DNA from: Wickerhamiella versatilis
Taxonomy: Eukaryota
Reading direction: 5' to 3'
DNA length: 64,000 nt
Assembly (NCBI GenBank): GCA_030867685.1
Contig: JAQOWU010000008.1
Location: 1,736,001 to 1,800,000 of the forward strand
The position numbers were made by a program, and so were the translations under genes. The stretch's first letter is position 1; every line of letters starts with the position of its first letter. The notes beneath the pieces are model-generated. The model was not told the origin of the DNA. It saw only the letters and a program-made list of their open reading frames with translations, and ran no database searches. This document shows, piece by piece, positions 12,401 through 23,515 of the stretch.

Positions 12401-14922
12401 CAACAGCACTCCATCGTGCTATCTTGAGCTGGGATTATTTTAGTTCAAGTGTCTACCCGTCTGAATTTCGTCCTAATCTGGGAGTTCCGGACCAGTTTAT
12501 GGATGTTGAACATTACATGAAAGTAATGGAACCGCTCCTACACCTTGAAGCGTGGCAACAGCTCCAAAGAACACAATCTGAGCTTAGGACCACCAAGTCT
12601 GTTATGCTAACGATCGGAAAACGTGTTAGCTGCGATGACTTTCTGGATGTTTATGTTTCAGTGTCACGTCAAGAATTTTCTGAGTCGAGAGTCAATGACA
12701 GCGACGTGGTTATAGTAGGATATTCCTCTGACCCTGAATCCCTTCGTTCTGTGAATGCAGAGATGCCTCACTGTCTCGCCAAAGTTAAAGAAGGTAGTGT
12801 GAGATTTCAACAGAAAGTGGTGGACTTGGAACTTCGGTTCTACCACGCACATTCACTACTTCGATATCTTGAGCCTGGGAGATTACTTTTGGCGTCAAGA
12901 GTGTGTAGTTTGACAACAGTGGAGCGTGAATATTGTGCATTGCGGGCTTTGGAGTATTTTGATCTCAAGCAAGACATATTGGCAGCGCGTCCTTCCCCTT
13001 TGACTGGAGTAAGTAACAGTCACCCCAGCGAACAAATGATGCTCAACGATAGTCAACTAAGCGCTGTCGAACATGCAATATCAAGCACTGGCTTCAATCT
13101 TATTCAGGGACCACCAGGCACCGGCAAAACAAAGACTATCCTTGGAATTGTAGGCTCCTATTTCAGAGGTGGAAAGACGAATAAGAGATTGCTACTATGT
13201 GCACCATCAAATGCTGCTGTGGATGAACTCGTGTTACGGTTGAAAGGAGGCGGCGCTCTAGACCCTTACAGTGGTAAGTCTATCAATGACCTTAACATTG
13301 TCCGCTTGGGTCGACTCGATGTTATCAATCAACTCGTTAAGGAATGCTCTCTTGAAGAACAAGTAAAAAAGTCGATAACCAATCAAGCATTACCCATTGA
13401 CTCCAAATTGAAGGAGCAACATAATGAGCTCTTGTCTAAACGCGAAAGTATTCGTCGAAAGATTGAGGCCGAAGGGTATAATGCGGATTTGCAAGCTGAA
13501 GTATCTCAACTCAGTCGTCAAATACGTGAAATCAGGAATCAACTGGCTTCGCAACGCGACCAAATTACTGAAGCTCGAAGGACTCATGAACGAGAGTATC
13601 GGCAGGTTATGCATAACATCTTACAGGGAAGCCACGTTGTCTGCACTACATTGAGTGGATCTGCGAATTCTACGTTGGCGTCTCAGCAGTTACTTTTTTC
13701 GACGGTGATCATAGATGAGGCTGCACAGTGTATAGAACTCAGTGCACTGATACCTTTAAAGTATGGTGCAAAAAAATGTATTATGGTCGGTGATCCAAAT
13801 CAGCTGCCACCAACAGTTATATCTCAAGAAGCCGCGAAATTGAAATACGAGCAGAGTCTTTTTGTACGCATGTTTCACCAACATCCTAATGATGTTAGTA
13901 TGCTTGACACACAGTTTCGGATGCATCCTGATATTTCTCGATTTCCTTCCAAAGAATTCTACCAGGGGCGGCTCAAAGATGGACCCTCAATGGCCGAGAA
14001 GTCTACAAGACCATGGCATGCATCCGATCTTTTCGCACCATACCGATTCTTCGCTGTGCAGGGTAAAATGGAACGGAGTAAGAGTACAATGTCATATCAG
14101 AATAGACACGAGGCAGATGAAGCAGCAAGGTTGGTGCGGTCTCTGCTTGAGACCTATCCGAATTATGACTTCTCAGGGCAGATAGGTGTAATTTCACCCT
14201 ATCGACAGCAGATTTCAACTCTTCGAGATCGATTTAAGAAAATTCTTGGCCGAGATGCGGAATTACTTTGTGACTTCTCGTCAATAGATGGCTTTCAGGG
14301 ACAGGAAAAAGATATAATTATTTTATCCTGTGTTCGTGCAGAGCGTGATGCAGGTGGTGTAGGGTTTGTTGGTGATATTAGGCGTATGAATGTTGCAATT
14401 ACTCGGGCTCGTACATCATTATGGATTTTGGGCCATCCTGAAACTCTTATGGCTAATCCCGTTTGGAAGGGTCTGATCACTGATGCACAAGAGCGTGGCT
14501 GCTATCACCGGGGAATTGATTTATCTCTTGCCAGGGCCAAACCGAAAGCTCCAGCAAATTACAATCCAGATCATCTAAAGAAGAAGAAAGAAATCGAACA
14601 AGTAGCTCCAAACCATCCGCAGAATGACAACTTAAAACAAGCACTCGGGGAAGACCTGCGGGCAGGTTCAGCGACTCAGAATAATTCCACAGAGGACAAG
14701 GCTACCAAGCAAATTACCAAAACTTCTGAAGAATCATTGCCAAAACCGAATCCAAATGACGGATTGCATGTAAAAAAAGCATCAGAAAAAAGTCAGTCGG
14801 TACCTCCACCGCCAGTTGGTGAGAAAGACGACCTGGCAAAACAACGTCCACTACCTCAAAAACGTAAGGGTACTAGTTCTGTTTTCATCACAAGAAATCG
14901 GAAGCCAAGAATCCGAAAATAG
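9479..14922 (+). CDS. SEN1: Sen1/senataxin SF1 helicase; frame interrupted near 9796-9802
   Basis: First ORF carries Sen1 N-terminal HWFC and CxxC; second ORF carries QGPPGTGKT, CAPSNAAVDE, IIDEAAQ, GDPNQLPPTV, QFRMHP, DGFQGQEKD, RRMNVAITRAR. Confidence 0.9.
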
Positions 14923-14975
14923 TGTCCCTTTAATTTATTATTAGTTGATAGATGCGATTATATTACTGTTTGTAG

Positions 14976-15872
14976 CTAGCATATCAAACAAGTCGATTTC
15001 CGTTTTGGATTCTCTTTTTTCAGTGACTGAGACTGTCGCTTTGCCGCACTTTCCGCTGCCGAATTACGATCTTGCAATTCCAGTTGTTGAGCGAGAATGG
15101 CATCCTTTGAAGTATCTGGCACTGAGTCACCAAAATCACCGTTGACGAAGTGTCCAGCACCTCGAGGCGATTCAAGAGTCTCCCAAACAACCAAATTGTG
15201 ATCTAATCCCTGGTCAGATGCTAAAGTGTAAAGTTTTCCTTTATGAAGAACAATTGTTGCAAAGTGATTATTCCAAAAAAGCACCGCTGGATGATCCTCC
15301 TGCAATTTTGAGCGCAATTGACGCAAGCCACTTGGTGTAAGTTGCCCCGGATATGTATCCACAAATACTGCAAGCTCTTTTGAATCCTTATGATACATGT
15401 GGAGTTGTGCCCACTCTTCGTAACTCATTGCTGCCAACGATGAAAGGTCTGCACTTGTGTCCAAAGGCCCAGAAGAGTCTGCTATCAATTCCATGGTAGC
15501 TTTATGTAGTTCCTCCTCGCCTAGTACCCATCCATGGACTAATCGGACCTCAAATGCTTTAAATATGGCGAGCTCAGGTGATTGCGCAAAAGTCCCATTA
15601 AAACAAGGGTTAACATCCAAACCATGCTGTAATAGTGGGAAAAAATGAAAAAGTTTCTCGATATATTCACTCTCTGGTGATGCCAATTGAGCTAATTTTG
15701 TGGCTAATTCTTCCTGAGAGACCTCTGTCTTCTCATCCATATACGCTGCCATTGGACCATCGAGAAACACCAAAGTATTTACAAGAGCCACAAGCGCACA
15801 AGGTCCATTCTCATTTTGCAACAATATTGTACGTTCCGCATTGGAAGTCTTTATCCTCTTTGTGGTGAACAT
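14976..15872 (-). CDS. MINDY-1/2 family K48 deubiquitinase (Miy1-like)
   Basis: Catalytic QNENGPCALVAL and FWNNHFAT; C-terminal Cys motif CLIC; probable start MFTTK at 15872 (15881 possible). Confidence 0.85.
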   Translation of the reverse strand: MFTTKRIKTSNAERTILLQNENGPCALVALVNTLVFLDGPMAAYMDEKTEVSQEELATKLAQLASPESEYIEKLFHFFPLLQHGLDVNPCFNGTFAQSPELAIFKAFEVRLVHGWVLGEEELHKATMELIADSSGPLDTSADLSSLAAMSYEEWAQLHMYHKDSKELAVFVDTYPGQLTPSGLRQLRSKLQEDHPAVLFWNNHFATIVLHKGKLYTLASDQGLDHNLVVWETLESPRGAGHFVNGDFGDSVPDTSKDAILAQQLELQDRNSAAESAAKRQSQSLKKENPKRKSTCLIC

Positions 15873-15906
15873 AGTGATCATGGTTAGGGTAAGCTTAAGG
15901 AAGACC

Positions 15907-16434
15907 ATGACTGGGGATGAAAACATGTTCGCGCGAGGACCCCGAAGGCATCCCAGCGCGCTAGGTGTCCGTAAACAGAGGCCAACCCGCAATGTTCTTG
16001 CTGCGCAATCCGTAAATGTACAACATGGTGGCGCTGGAGGGGCATCACTGAAGCGGGCGGGGCGTGAGTCGTCTGATGCATTTTTGCGGCAGCCATTGCG
16101 ACCGATAGCACCCCATGCTGGCTCTATAATACCACGTGCAAGTCCAAAGGCAGTTACTCGAAAAGCATCTATGGTACATGAGCGTATGCGCTATGCTCCG
16201 GGTCGCTGTCCTGTCCTCTTTCCTCGACCGACATTCCCAAAAAACCTTGACAGTGTTCCAGTAGATCTGCCTGTTAATGATCCTCCAGATCTCGAGGAAG
16301 AGGAAGAAGAAGATTTTACTCCATCAGCAGATTCCATGATCACCCGTAGATTATTTGCACCTGAGGTCTATGCTCTTGCTCAGTCGGCAGCAGAAAATTG
16401 CTTGGATGATCTACCTACACTACCACTCACTTGA
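15907..16434 (+). CDS. D-box-containing disordered protein, possibly securin-like
   Basis: Start MTGDEN; RNVLAAQSVN and RQPL match D-box patterns; basic N-half, acidic C-half. Confidence 0.5.
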   Translation: MTGDENMFARGPRRHPSALGVRKQRPTRNVLAAQSVNVQHGGAGGASLKRAGRESSDAFLRQPLRPIAPHAGSIIPRASPKAVTRKASMVHERMRYAPGRCPVLFPRPTFPKNLDSVPVDLPVNDPPDLEEEEEEDFTPSADSMITRRLFAPEVYALAQSAAENCLDDLPTLPLT

Positions 16435-16484
16435 ATTTTTTATTTGCTATTTATTAAATGCTATATATGCACTTTGCTTTCTTC

Positions 16485-17126
16485 CTATATTGGCCATTGG
16501 TCCATTTTCCAAGCTGAATCCCAGAACATATACTCAAGACGTGAGCTAGTTAAAAATGCATGGGTCATTTGCTTGCGCGTTTCCGGTGTTGCAGCTGCCG
16601 CAAGTTTGTCGCATATCTTGCGGAACACATCACAAGAATCGGAGAAAGCGTCACTTGAATACATAGAAATCCAGGTGTGAAACGGATTGGTGGGTTTCTC
16701 ATACTTTACTATATGCTGCCCTACCTTCTCATATATCCAAAAACATGGCAATAAAGCGGCAGCTAGTGTCTCCACAGATCCGAAAGCAACTTGTTTGGCC
16801 AGGAAGGATGTATACAATAGACATGTAGGGCTCATTCTTTCAGATGGATCCCATTGAGTCACATAGGCCTTGTGTACCACTGTTTCAGCCTTTTGAGCAT
16901 CTATTGAAAACTTTGCTACCTGCGATGCTTCCTCGGTGTCTGGCAGCTTAGCCGCAAGGGCCGCGAGAGCTCTTGCGTAATCTTGCAAATATAGCCAGTC
17001 TTGCTGAACATAAAAAATGAATTTGTCGCTCTCTAGGGTTCCATCTCCAAGCAGCTTCACGAATGGGTGCTCAAGTATAGAGGCATAAATATGATCTATG
17101 CTTTCCCATGCTTGCTGTGTCCACAT
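16485..17126 (-). CDS. tenA: TenA thiaminase II / aminopyrimidine aminohydrolase, stand-alone bacterial-type
   Basis: HPFV..L.DGTL...F.FYVQQD, catalytic Cys in LLPCFWIY, WISMYS, LEYMFWD; 213 aa single domain. Confidence 0.9.
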   Translation of the reverse strand: MWTQQAWESIDHIYASILEHPFVKLLGDGTLESDKFIFYVQQDWLYLQDYARALAALAAKLPDTEEASQVAKFSIDAQKAETVVHKAYVTQWDPSERMSPTCLLYTSFLAKQVAFGSVETLAAALLPCFWIYEKVGQHIVKYEKPTNPFHTWISMYSSDAFSDSCDVFRKICDKLAAAATPETRKQMTHAFLTSSRLEYMFWDSAWKMDQWPI

Positions 17127-17223
17127 TGCTGTATTGTCGAGTAAGCAAATTTATTACAACTACAACACAGGAATTATGTACGAATGTTGCTAATATTTAA
17201 GGGCAGCCATGTCCATATGCTAG

Positions 17224-18645
17224 TTATGTATTATTATTATAATCTCTTGCTATGCCAGATCTTCCGGTTTTTAGCTGTGCATATTCTTCCTCTTGTCCAT
17301 CTGTGTGGTCGCTTCCAAGTCCCTTCCAAGACCTTGAGTTAAGATGTTCTGCGGCAGTAGAGACTGTATTTTTTACAACCAAGGCACTAGAGCTATGCTG
17401 AAGGGCATTATCCTCACCAATGGTTACATGTTGAAGCCTCCGAAGAGGAGCATTGGTAGAAATTAGCCGGCCAGTGACTGGATCCCAAAGAGGCTCCTCA
17501 TTTTTCTCAGTACTCTCATCATTCTGTGGATCAGGTAGCGAGAGGATGTCTTCTAATTTAATGACCCAGTCTCCAGTCCATTGATCATCCAATGCCAGTT
17601 TGAGCTCGAATGGTGTTACTATCGGACGGTAATACTCAGACGAATCCATTATTATACCACCTAAGGGACATCCCAGAATGACCCAAATATCAATCATCTC
17701 GAAGTTTGCCAGTTTTGGGATGTTCGGCTTGCCAACAACAAATACATAATACTTTTTTCCCGCTGCTTTAATCCACCTTTTCGTTGCCTCAAGAACTTCA
17801 CTCATTAAACGCAAGGATAGCGTGTTAACAAGAATGCCAACAGTACCTGCTGCACGAGCTTGATGAACGAGCTTGTAGCGCCGCTGCAAGGCGGTGCGTG
17901 GTACCGACACTTTACCATTGTCTGGATCGGCCACAATTATTTTGTCGAAATTAGTCGACATGTTTAAAAGAAGAGATTCAAACGGATTCCTGCTTAAATA
18001 TATCACTTCTTTTGTTGAGGTGACTGGGTGAGTTCGTTTCGGAAGTACTTCACTCTCTTCGCCAGTTGACTTTACTGAAAGCGGTGGAACAAAGTCTGCC
18101 GGAATAGGGGTCGAAACGATAAGTTTTGGACATCTCCTACCCAGCTCGAAGGCTGTCTCCATAGCATCTGTGTCTGCGTATACTAATGCTTCGGTTTCAT
18201 TGCCAATGGCTTTCGCCAGTTTTTCTATAACTTCGCTGGGGGCTGCTGGCATATTCGCATAAAGAACTGGTACATTACGCGGTGGGTTGAGGCATGCATT
18301 TCCAAAATGGACAAGTAGGTCTGCGGAAACATGTTCCGCCGCCGTTTCGTCGATGCAACAAGGTGAATACGAACTATCCGCTAAAACATAGGGTGCTCTC
18401 ACAGAGAGTCCTCTGGATTTTTGCTCATGATCTATAGCGGTAGCTATGTATCCAGCATCTTGCACCAATTGATCCGGAAATTGAAGGCAAGGTGAATGAT
18501 AACCGTGAGCAGCGATATAGTCTACGATATATCGAATGGAATAAATATTATCAAGTTGTTCAGAAGACCATTTTGGAAGAGTACGCTGTATCAACGAAGT
18601 CTTATCATATGCCGAATCGCTTGACAAGGTTGGAGGAACAGACAT
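17224..18645 (-). CDS. DPH2: Diphthamide biosynthesis protein Dph2
   Basis: LQFPD, VLADSSYSPCCIDE, HFGNACL, GILVNTL, VGKPNIPKLANF, RSWKGLG, GRSGIARDY. Confidence 0.92.
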   Translation of the reverse strand: MSVPPTLSSDSAYDKTSLIQRTLPKWSSEQLDNIYSIRYIVDYIAAHGYHSPCLQFPDQLVQDAGYIATAIDHEQKSRGLSVRAPYVLADSSYSPCCIDETAAEHVSADLLVHFGNACLNPPRNVPVLYANMPAAPSEVIEKLAKAIGNETEALVYADTDAMETAFELGRRCPKLIVSTPIPADFVPPLSVKSTGEESEVLPKRTHPVTSTKEVIYLSRNPFESLLLNMSTNFDKIIVADPDNGKVSVPRTALQRRYKLVHQARAAGTVGILVNTLSLRLMSEVLEATKRWIKAAGKKYYVFVVGKPNIPKLANFEMIDIWVILGCPLGGIIMDSSEYYRPIVTPFELKLALDDQWTGDWVIKLEDILSLPDPQNDESTEKNEEPLWDPVTGRLISTNAPLRRLQHVTIGEDNALQHSSSALVVKNTVSTAAEHLNSRSWKGLGSDHTDGQEEEYAQLKTGRSGIARDYNNNT

Positions 18646-18761
18646 CTATCTGATGATGTAATTTTTTTCTTTCGGCAGCTTTTTAGTATAGTGGCAGTTT
18701 ACAGATTATGTTTGTGAACTAGCTAACCTTCCTCACAAATAAAAAATACTTATATATAAAA

Positions 18762-19685
18762 CTACAAATCGTCCCAGCCAAAAATAAACTCACGTGCCTT
18801 CTGAGCGGCCCAGCCGCCCCAAGATTTGGGCTCCTCCTTCCTGACAGGCCCATATAAAGTCGGCAATTTTGAATTGCTGGCTCTCCTTTTAAATAAAGGC
18901 TGTGGTGGCTTAGTTACAGGAATATGAGATACACTTGGGCCCAATGATTCTGATAATAAACTTTGATCATAAGATGCATCGACTAGGCTTGCATCACTAT
19001 CATCAAGAAGCAAAGAGTTGGTTGAATTTTGATAAAAAGCACCTTCCAGTGGCTCGACTGGGAGCACTCCTACGACGAAATGCCCTGGCATGATGTGGCC
19101 GTTCTCAGCAAGAGCTAGTTGAGCTGATTTGCGATCTTTATACATAATATGCAACCAGTTCCGCCCACATACGATATTATGAGGAATAAAAGGCCTGGAA
19201 ACATCGGAGAGACTGTCGCCATCGTTATTACGCGGTGTACCACCCGAGTGAGGGCGATTATCTACAATTTCGCCAAACCGAGCAAAGTGCTGCAAAACCT
19301 GCTGCGTTTGTCCTGGAGGGAATCCGAAGACCTTCACACCGAATCCCCGTTCGTGAGATTGCTTTGAGGGCGTTGCAGGTGTGGTCGCGATAGTAAGATT
19401 AAAGGAGTCTTGACCTTCATCTCCTCTAGTTGTGTGCCGAGCCAGGCTCAAGCTCTCCGTGGGAGGTAGATCAGCGGCATTTTCTGTTGGCTTTGACACG
19501 CTATTATTAGATTTCTCGCTAGCCGCCGGACCAGATCTAAACGGCGCATAGGTTGCAGCCGTGGGACGAAAACTTCCATGCTCTGACGGTTTTGCAAAAG
19601 AACTACGGTTAGTCCCAGGAGTGAGATGGGATGGCACGAACTGTCTACTGCCCTTCGCCCAAGCAGGACTTCCTGAGTCTACCAT
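18762..19685 (-). CDS. NUP53: Nup53/Nup35-like nucleoporin (RRM/MPPN domain)
   Basis: LPPTESL, VKVFGFPP, HFARFGEI, NWLHIMY, ALAENG; C-terminal amphipathic REFIFGWDDL; first ATG at 19685. Confidence 0.8.
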   Translation of the reverse strand: MVDSGSPAWAKGSRQFVPSHLTPGTNRSSFAKPSEHGSFRPTAATYAPFRSGPAASEKSNNSVSKPTENAADLPPTESLSLARHTTRGDEGQDSFNLTIATTPATPSKQSHERGFGVKVFGFPPGQTQQVLQHFARFGEIVDNRPHSGGTPRNNDGDSLSDVSRPFIPHNIVCGRNWLHIMYKDRKSAQLALAENGHIMPGHFVVGVLPVEPLEGAFYQNSTNSLLLDDSDASLVDASYDQSLLSESLGPSVSHIPVTKPPQPLFKRRASNSKLPTLYGPVRKEEPKSWGGWAAQKAREFIFGWDDL

Positions 19686-20068
19686 GCTGTTGTGATGAGT
19701 AAACAAAATCGACTAACAAAACCAGCCGCCTGGAGACTGACCAGGCTAGGGATTATGCCATGCGATTGTTTATATCTTAAGGCTTGATTTTTATAATGTT
19801 AAGTCCTGTGAATAATTTATCTCAAGATTTAAACGCTTAGTAGTATATCCAAAGAAAGAAACTATTCCTGGGTAGTAGGAGGGTAGTAACACCATACAAT
19901 GTGCAAGCCACACTATCAGAAACCTAAGGAAAGAAAAAATGCCTTACAACACCCAGAATTAGCTTTAAAAAAAAACCTGCCTTGTAATTAGCTTAATTTT
20001 TTTCTTCTTCTTATTCTTCTAAGTTTTAAAACTCTACGGCTTGCCCGGCCTGCGTGCAGAGCCATAGC

Positions 20069-21304
20069 TTATATCGCCGCAGCTTTCTCATAAAGTAAAT
20101 CTACAACACTGGACATATGCTTCATAGCTTCAAGTCCCATATCGTACGTATGATCTGCACGAGGTTCGTGATACACATAGAGCCATCCATTGCCTTGGTC
20201 CAGGACACCAGAAATAACCTTATCTAGGATCATTTGGCTGAGTTTCCCCTCTACCTGAGCAATATCGAGACCAATTTGTTTAGCAAGATAGCTGATCTCA
20301 ACACAGGAGTAAGGCTCAATCTCTTTCACCAGGTTTTCTTGGAAGAGCTTATCATAGAGTGCAGTGAAATGCGAGCGAATAAATGGATCAGTGGCTAGCT
20401 CCTTATTATATTCACGCAAGACCTTTTCGAACTCCTGAAGCGATCGCTTGGAATTCGCTTCCAGCATCGCATGCATGGCATCAATTTCACGGCCTTGATA
20501 TTTCTTGACAGTCTTGTTATTCAAAAGGTGCTCCACATCATCCGCCAAATTAAGCATGATCTTTACCAACAATAGATACTTCAACGAACGCACAGCAGCA
20601 GTGTCATTCAACGATGCGTATCCTTCAAAAGCCTCATAAAAGTATGAAAATGCCGTTTTGTAGTCGCCATCCTCGGCTTGCAGAATTCCGGCCATCATGT
20701 CCAGCTCTGCTTGCATCCTTGTGGGCGTATAAATAGCATTTGCAGATGTTCTAGCAGAAGTCAAAGAGGCTCTGCTTTTTGGCAAGTTACGCAAGGCGTG
20801 ATAGACCCGGCTCTCCAGAAGCTGAATCTCTACCAGCATCATCTTGTCGTCCAAACGCTTGAGCTCAGATAACAAGCGATTAATGAGCTCTATGGCCCTC
20901 TGATACTGCTTTTGGTCATTTAGCAACGAAACCAGTTTTATTTCCAGGTTCTGGCGCAAGAATGAGCGCTGGGCCTCTCGTGCCCACGCCACACACTCAT
21001 TGATCGTTTGAATTTGAATTTCGCTAGAGTCATCAACTCCAGACATATCCTCTATGAGTGCTCTTATAATCTTGGCTGTCTTCGACTTTGCGTACCCGCC
21101 TGTAACATCTCGTGCACACGCAATAAGCTCTCGAAGCTTTTGGGCATTCTGCTGATTCTTGTAGTAAGTCCCAAGCCGCAGAAACGCCTTTTCTTGCTCC
21201 GTAATAGCCTTCTCGCTCTTTCCAGGATTTGATTCCACAATTTGCCAGAACACAGGCTCAGCTTTAGGGAATCCAAGCACCTCTGCTTCAGCGACGCTAC
21301 TCAT
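20069..21304 (-). CDS. RPN6: 26S proteasome lid subunit Rpn6
   Basis: KSKTAKIIR, ELKRLDDK, ASLTSARTSANAIY, YKTAFSYFYEAFEG, PCI motif KLSQMILDK..GVLDQG. Confidence 0.95.
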   Translation of the reverse strand: MSSVAEAEVLGFPKAEPVFWQIVESNPGKSEKAITEQEKAFLRLGTYYKNQQNAQKLRELIACARDVTGGYAKSKTAKIIRALIEDMSGVDDSSEIQIQTINECVAWAREAQRSFLRQNLEIKLVSLLNDQKQYQRAIELINRLLSELKRLDDKMMLVEIQLLESRVYHALRNLPKSRASLTSARTSANAIYTPTRMQAELDMMAGILQAEDGDYKTAFSYFYEAFEGYASLNDTAAVRSLKYLLLVKIMLNLADDVEHLLNNKTVKKYQGREIDAMHAMLEANSKRSLQEFEKVLREYNKELATDPFIRSHFTALYDKLFQENLVKEIEPYSCVEISYLAKQIGLDIAQVEGKLSQMILDKVISGVLDQGNGWLYVYHEPRADHTYDMGLEAMKHMSSVVDLLYEKAAAI

Positions 21305-21537
21305 ATGTAAGCTAGTAACGATGTGTCAGCGTGCTCACCACAGCACAAATGCTGCAGAGGTTGTTGTCAAAATTGTTAAAATTGGCAATTCGTTAAATTA
21401 TACTGTCGTAGGATCCTAAGTAGTAATACCAGAGTGTCTGAATGGTGCCCAGTTTAGTGCCAGCTTGGGGTGAAGCCAATATCACAATCACATTAGGTGA
21501 TCTTGGCGTGACAAAACCACATACATACTGTAATCAC

Positions 21538-22170
21538 ATGGCTGTCGGAGTTAGGACATTGGTTAGCCTTGTAGCGGCATATTCGTATTGGTATGCTATT
21601 ATGGCAACTCTAGCGCGCGATCTTCCAATCACACGGAGCTTTGGTGGTATATACATGTTTCTCACCAACCTAGGGGTTTGTATATCTCTCATACAGCAAG
21701 TTCTCAGCGTGGTGGCAGATGTTACGGGGCTAAGACTTGCTGCTGCTCTCTCTAATGTTGCACTACTAGTATCTGCACCGTTGGAGCTCCTTATCACCAC
21801 AATTTACTGGCCAATCAAGTTCTATAACGGTGCACTACTCATGGACCCAAAGCTGGGAATCAAGATCGCCCCCTGGCTTGATCGTCAATTACATCTCTAT
21901 CCAGCTATTTACCAGACTATATGTGCGGTCTCATATCCGCATCGCCGATGGGTATACGGAAATCTGAGTTTGCTTGTACTTTACAGTTCATTTGCACTTG
22001 GATACTTCTGGTGGACAAGCTACCTAGCTGAAGTTAATGGTTTCTACCCCTATCCGTTGCTAAGTTTGCTGAGTGGATCAGGAACACTGGCGCTGTACTC
22101 TGTTTGTGCAGTTCTGTGCTTTGGTTCTGCTAAGTTCATTCAGAAACTCCAGAACATGTCACAGCACTAA
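21538..22170 (+). CDS. FAR-17a/AIG1/ADTRP-like integral membrane protein
   Basis: FGG.YMFLTNLG, ELLITTIYW, LHLYP, NGFYPYP; multiple hydrophobic helices; start could also be 21442. Confidence 0.8.
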   Translation: MAVGVRTLVSLVAAYSYWYAIMATLARDLPITRSFGGIYMFLTNLGVCISLIQQVLSVVADVTGLRLAAALSNVALLVSAPLELLITTIYWPIKFYNGALLMDPKLGIKIAPWLDRQLHLYPAIYQTICAVSYPHRRWVYGNLSLLVLYSSFALGYFWWTSYLAEVNGFYPYPLLSLLSGSGTLALYSVCAVLCFGSAKFIQKLQNMSQH

Positions 22171-22463
22171 GAAAAAATCATTATAGAGATCAAGCTGATA
22201 GTAACATCGGTTCTTGCGCAGAGCCTCCGTAGCGATATGTAAATATATCAACGCTTCAATGCACGCTCCCGCAGGTGAATATCCATTTAAAAAGGGAGAT
22301 AATGGGGCCTAGCGGAATAGGGATACAAATAAACATTTTTCTCGCTGTGTCGTGTACCAAGGATGTATGAAGCAAGCAGCTACTATTAACCTTGCCCTGT
22401 CTGAACTAGTCTTTATGTTCTATATAGTCTAACCTAGCCTGACCTGGCAATTTGCGATTAAAT

Positions 22464-23069
22464 TTACGAGAAAGACTTTACGACTTCCGATCCCGGCAAA
22501 GTGGTCTTCTCAGATGGTGGCGCTATCTCTTTACCAAATACCAGCTGTGCAGTCAGGTTCCAGTTTTGCGGAACCTTGAATTCCTCAGCAAGAGCTTTCT
22601 CAACAATTGCATTATAATGCTGAAGATTGGCACCTATATTCTCGAGAGCTAGTGCACGCCAGAGAGTAATATGGGCCGCACCAGAAGATTGAGAGGCAAA
22701 GGCAGGGAAATGCTCAGCATAAAGAGCAAATTTCTCTTGAAGCCCCTTTATTATGTCTGCATCTTCATAGAATAATACAGTGCCATAGGCCGCGGCGAAT
22801 CGTGCAATCTTTGGACCAGTAGTCTGCTCATAGGCATCTCCTACAATAGCTTTCAAAGGCTTAGCTGCAAACTCGTTCCATAGCTTCTTATGGTGCGCAC
22901 CAAAGAGGACAATTGCGCGTGTGGTTTGGCTATTGAAGGCTGAAGGAGTGAGGGCTATGCTGTTTTCCACTAGTTCCACAATTTGTTTGTTATCGAGCTG
23001 GAGAGGCTCATCACTCAAGGCATAGATTGTACGCCGAACTCCAATTTCCTTGAAATACTGACCAGACAT
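22464..23069 (-). CDS. HBN1: Nitroreductase-like protein (Hbn1/Frm2 family)
   Basis: RRTIYAL, TPSAFNSQTTR, AYGTVLFYED, GANLQHYN, AQLVFG; ATG at 23069 with TATA-like element near 23117-23123. Confidence 0.85.
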   Translation of the reverse strand: MSGQYFKEIGVRRTIYALSDEPLQLDNKQIVELVENSIALTPSAFNSQTTRAIVLFGAHHKKLWNEFAAKPLKAIVGDAYEQTTGPKIARFAAAYGTVLFYEDADIIKGLQEKFALYAEHFPAFASQSSGAAHITLWRALALENIGANLQHYNAIVEKALAEEFKVPQNWNLTAQLVFGKEIAPPSEKTTLPGSEVVKSFS

Positions 23070-23463
23070 ACTCGACCGATAAATTTGAGATTTCTGTATA
23101 GCAGGAAGTTCTACCTGATATATAAAGTGTTTGGTAGGGTAAGGGGCATCGGCGTGCCGCGACCAGATTTCTAAGTAGCTGTCTTGCACTGTGCGTGATA
23201 TCACGTCAGTAAGGAGTTGACGGCATTCAAAAGTGAAAAGTTCTCAAAAGATAACTAGCAACTTGAAAATATTCATATATCTAGGCTTTAAAGAATCTTA
23301 TATACCATCGTCATAATCATCACAAAACACAATAGAGGTACGTACTTAGGATACCTCACTTTGTTTAACGCATCAGATATACGTTACCGAGATGAAATGT
23401 CAGTCCGAAACCGCCTAGATTCGCGGACAAGCAACAGAGAATGATTTACAAATTCTTTATAGT

Positions 23464-23515
23464 CTGAGGTTAGTATGCTGCAATAAATGATTTTATAATG
23501 GCAAAATGGACTTAC
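23464..23515 (-). other. Predicted 52-nt spliceosomal intron overlapping the MDH stop codon
   Basis: Minus strand: GTAAGT donor (23515-23510), TACTAAC branch (23475-23469), CT, CAG acceptor (23466-23464); next exon A CTA TAA. Confidence 0.85.
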
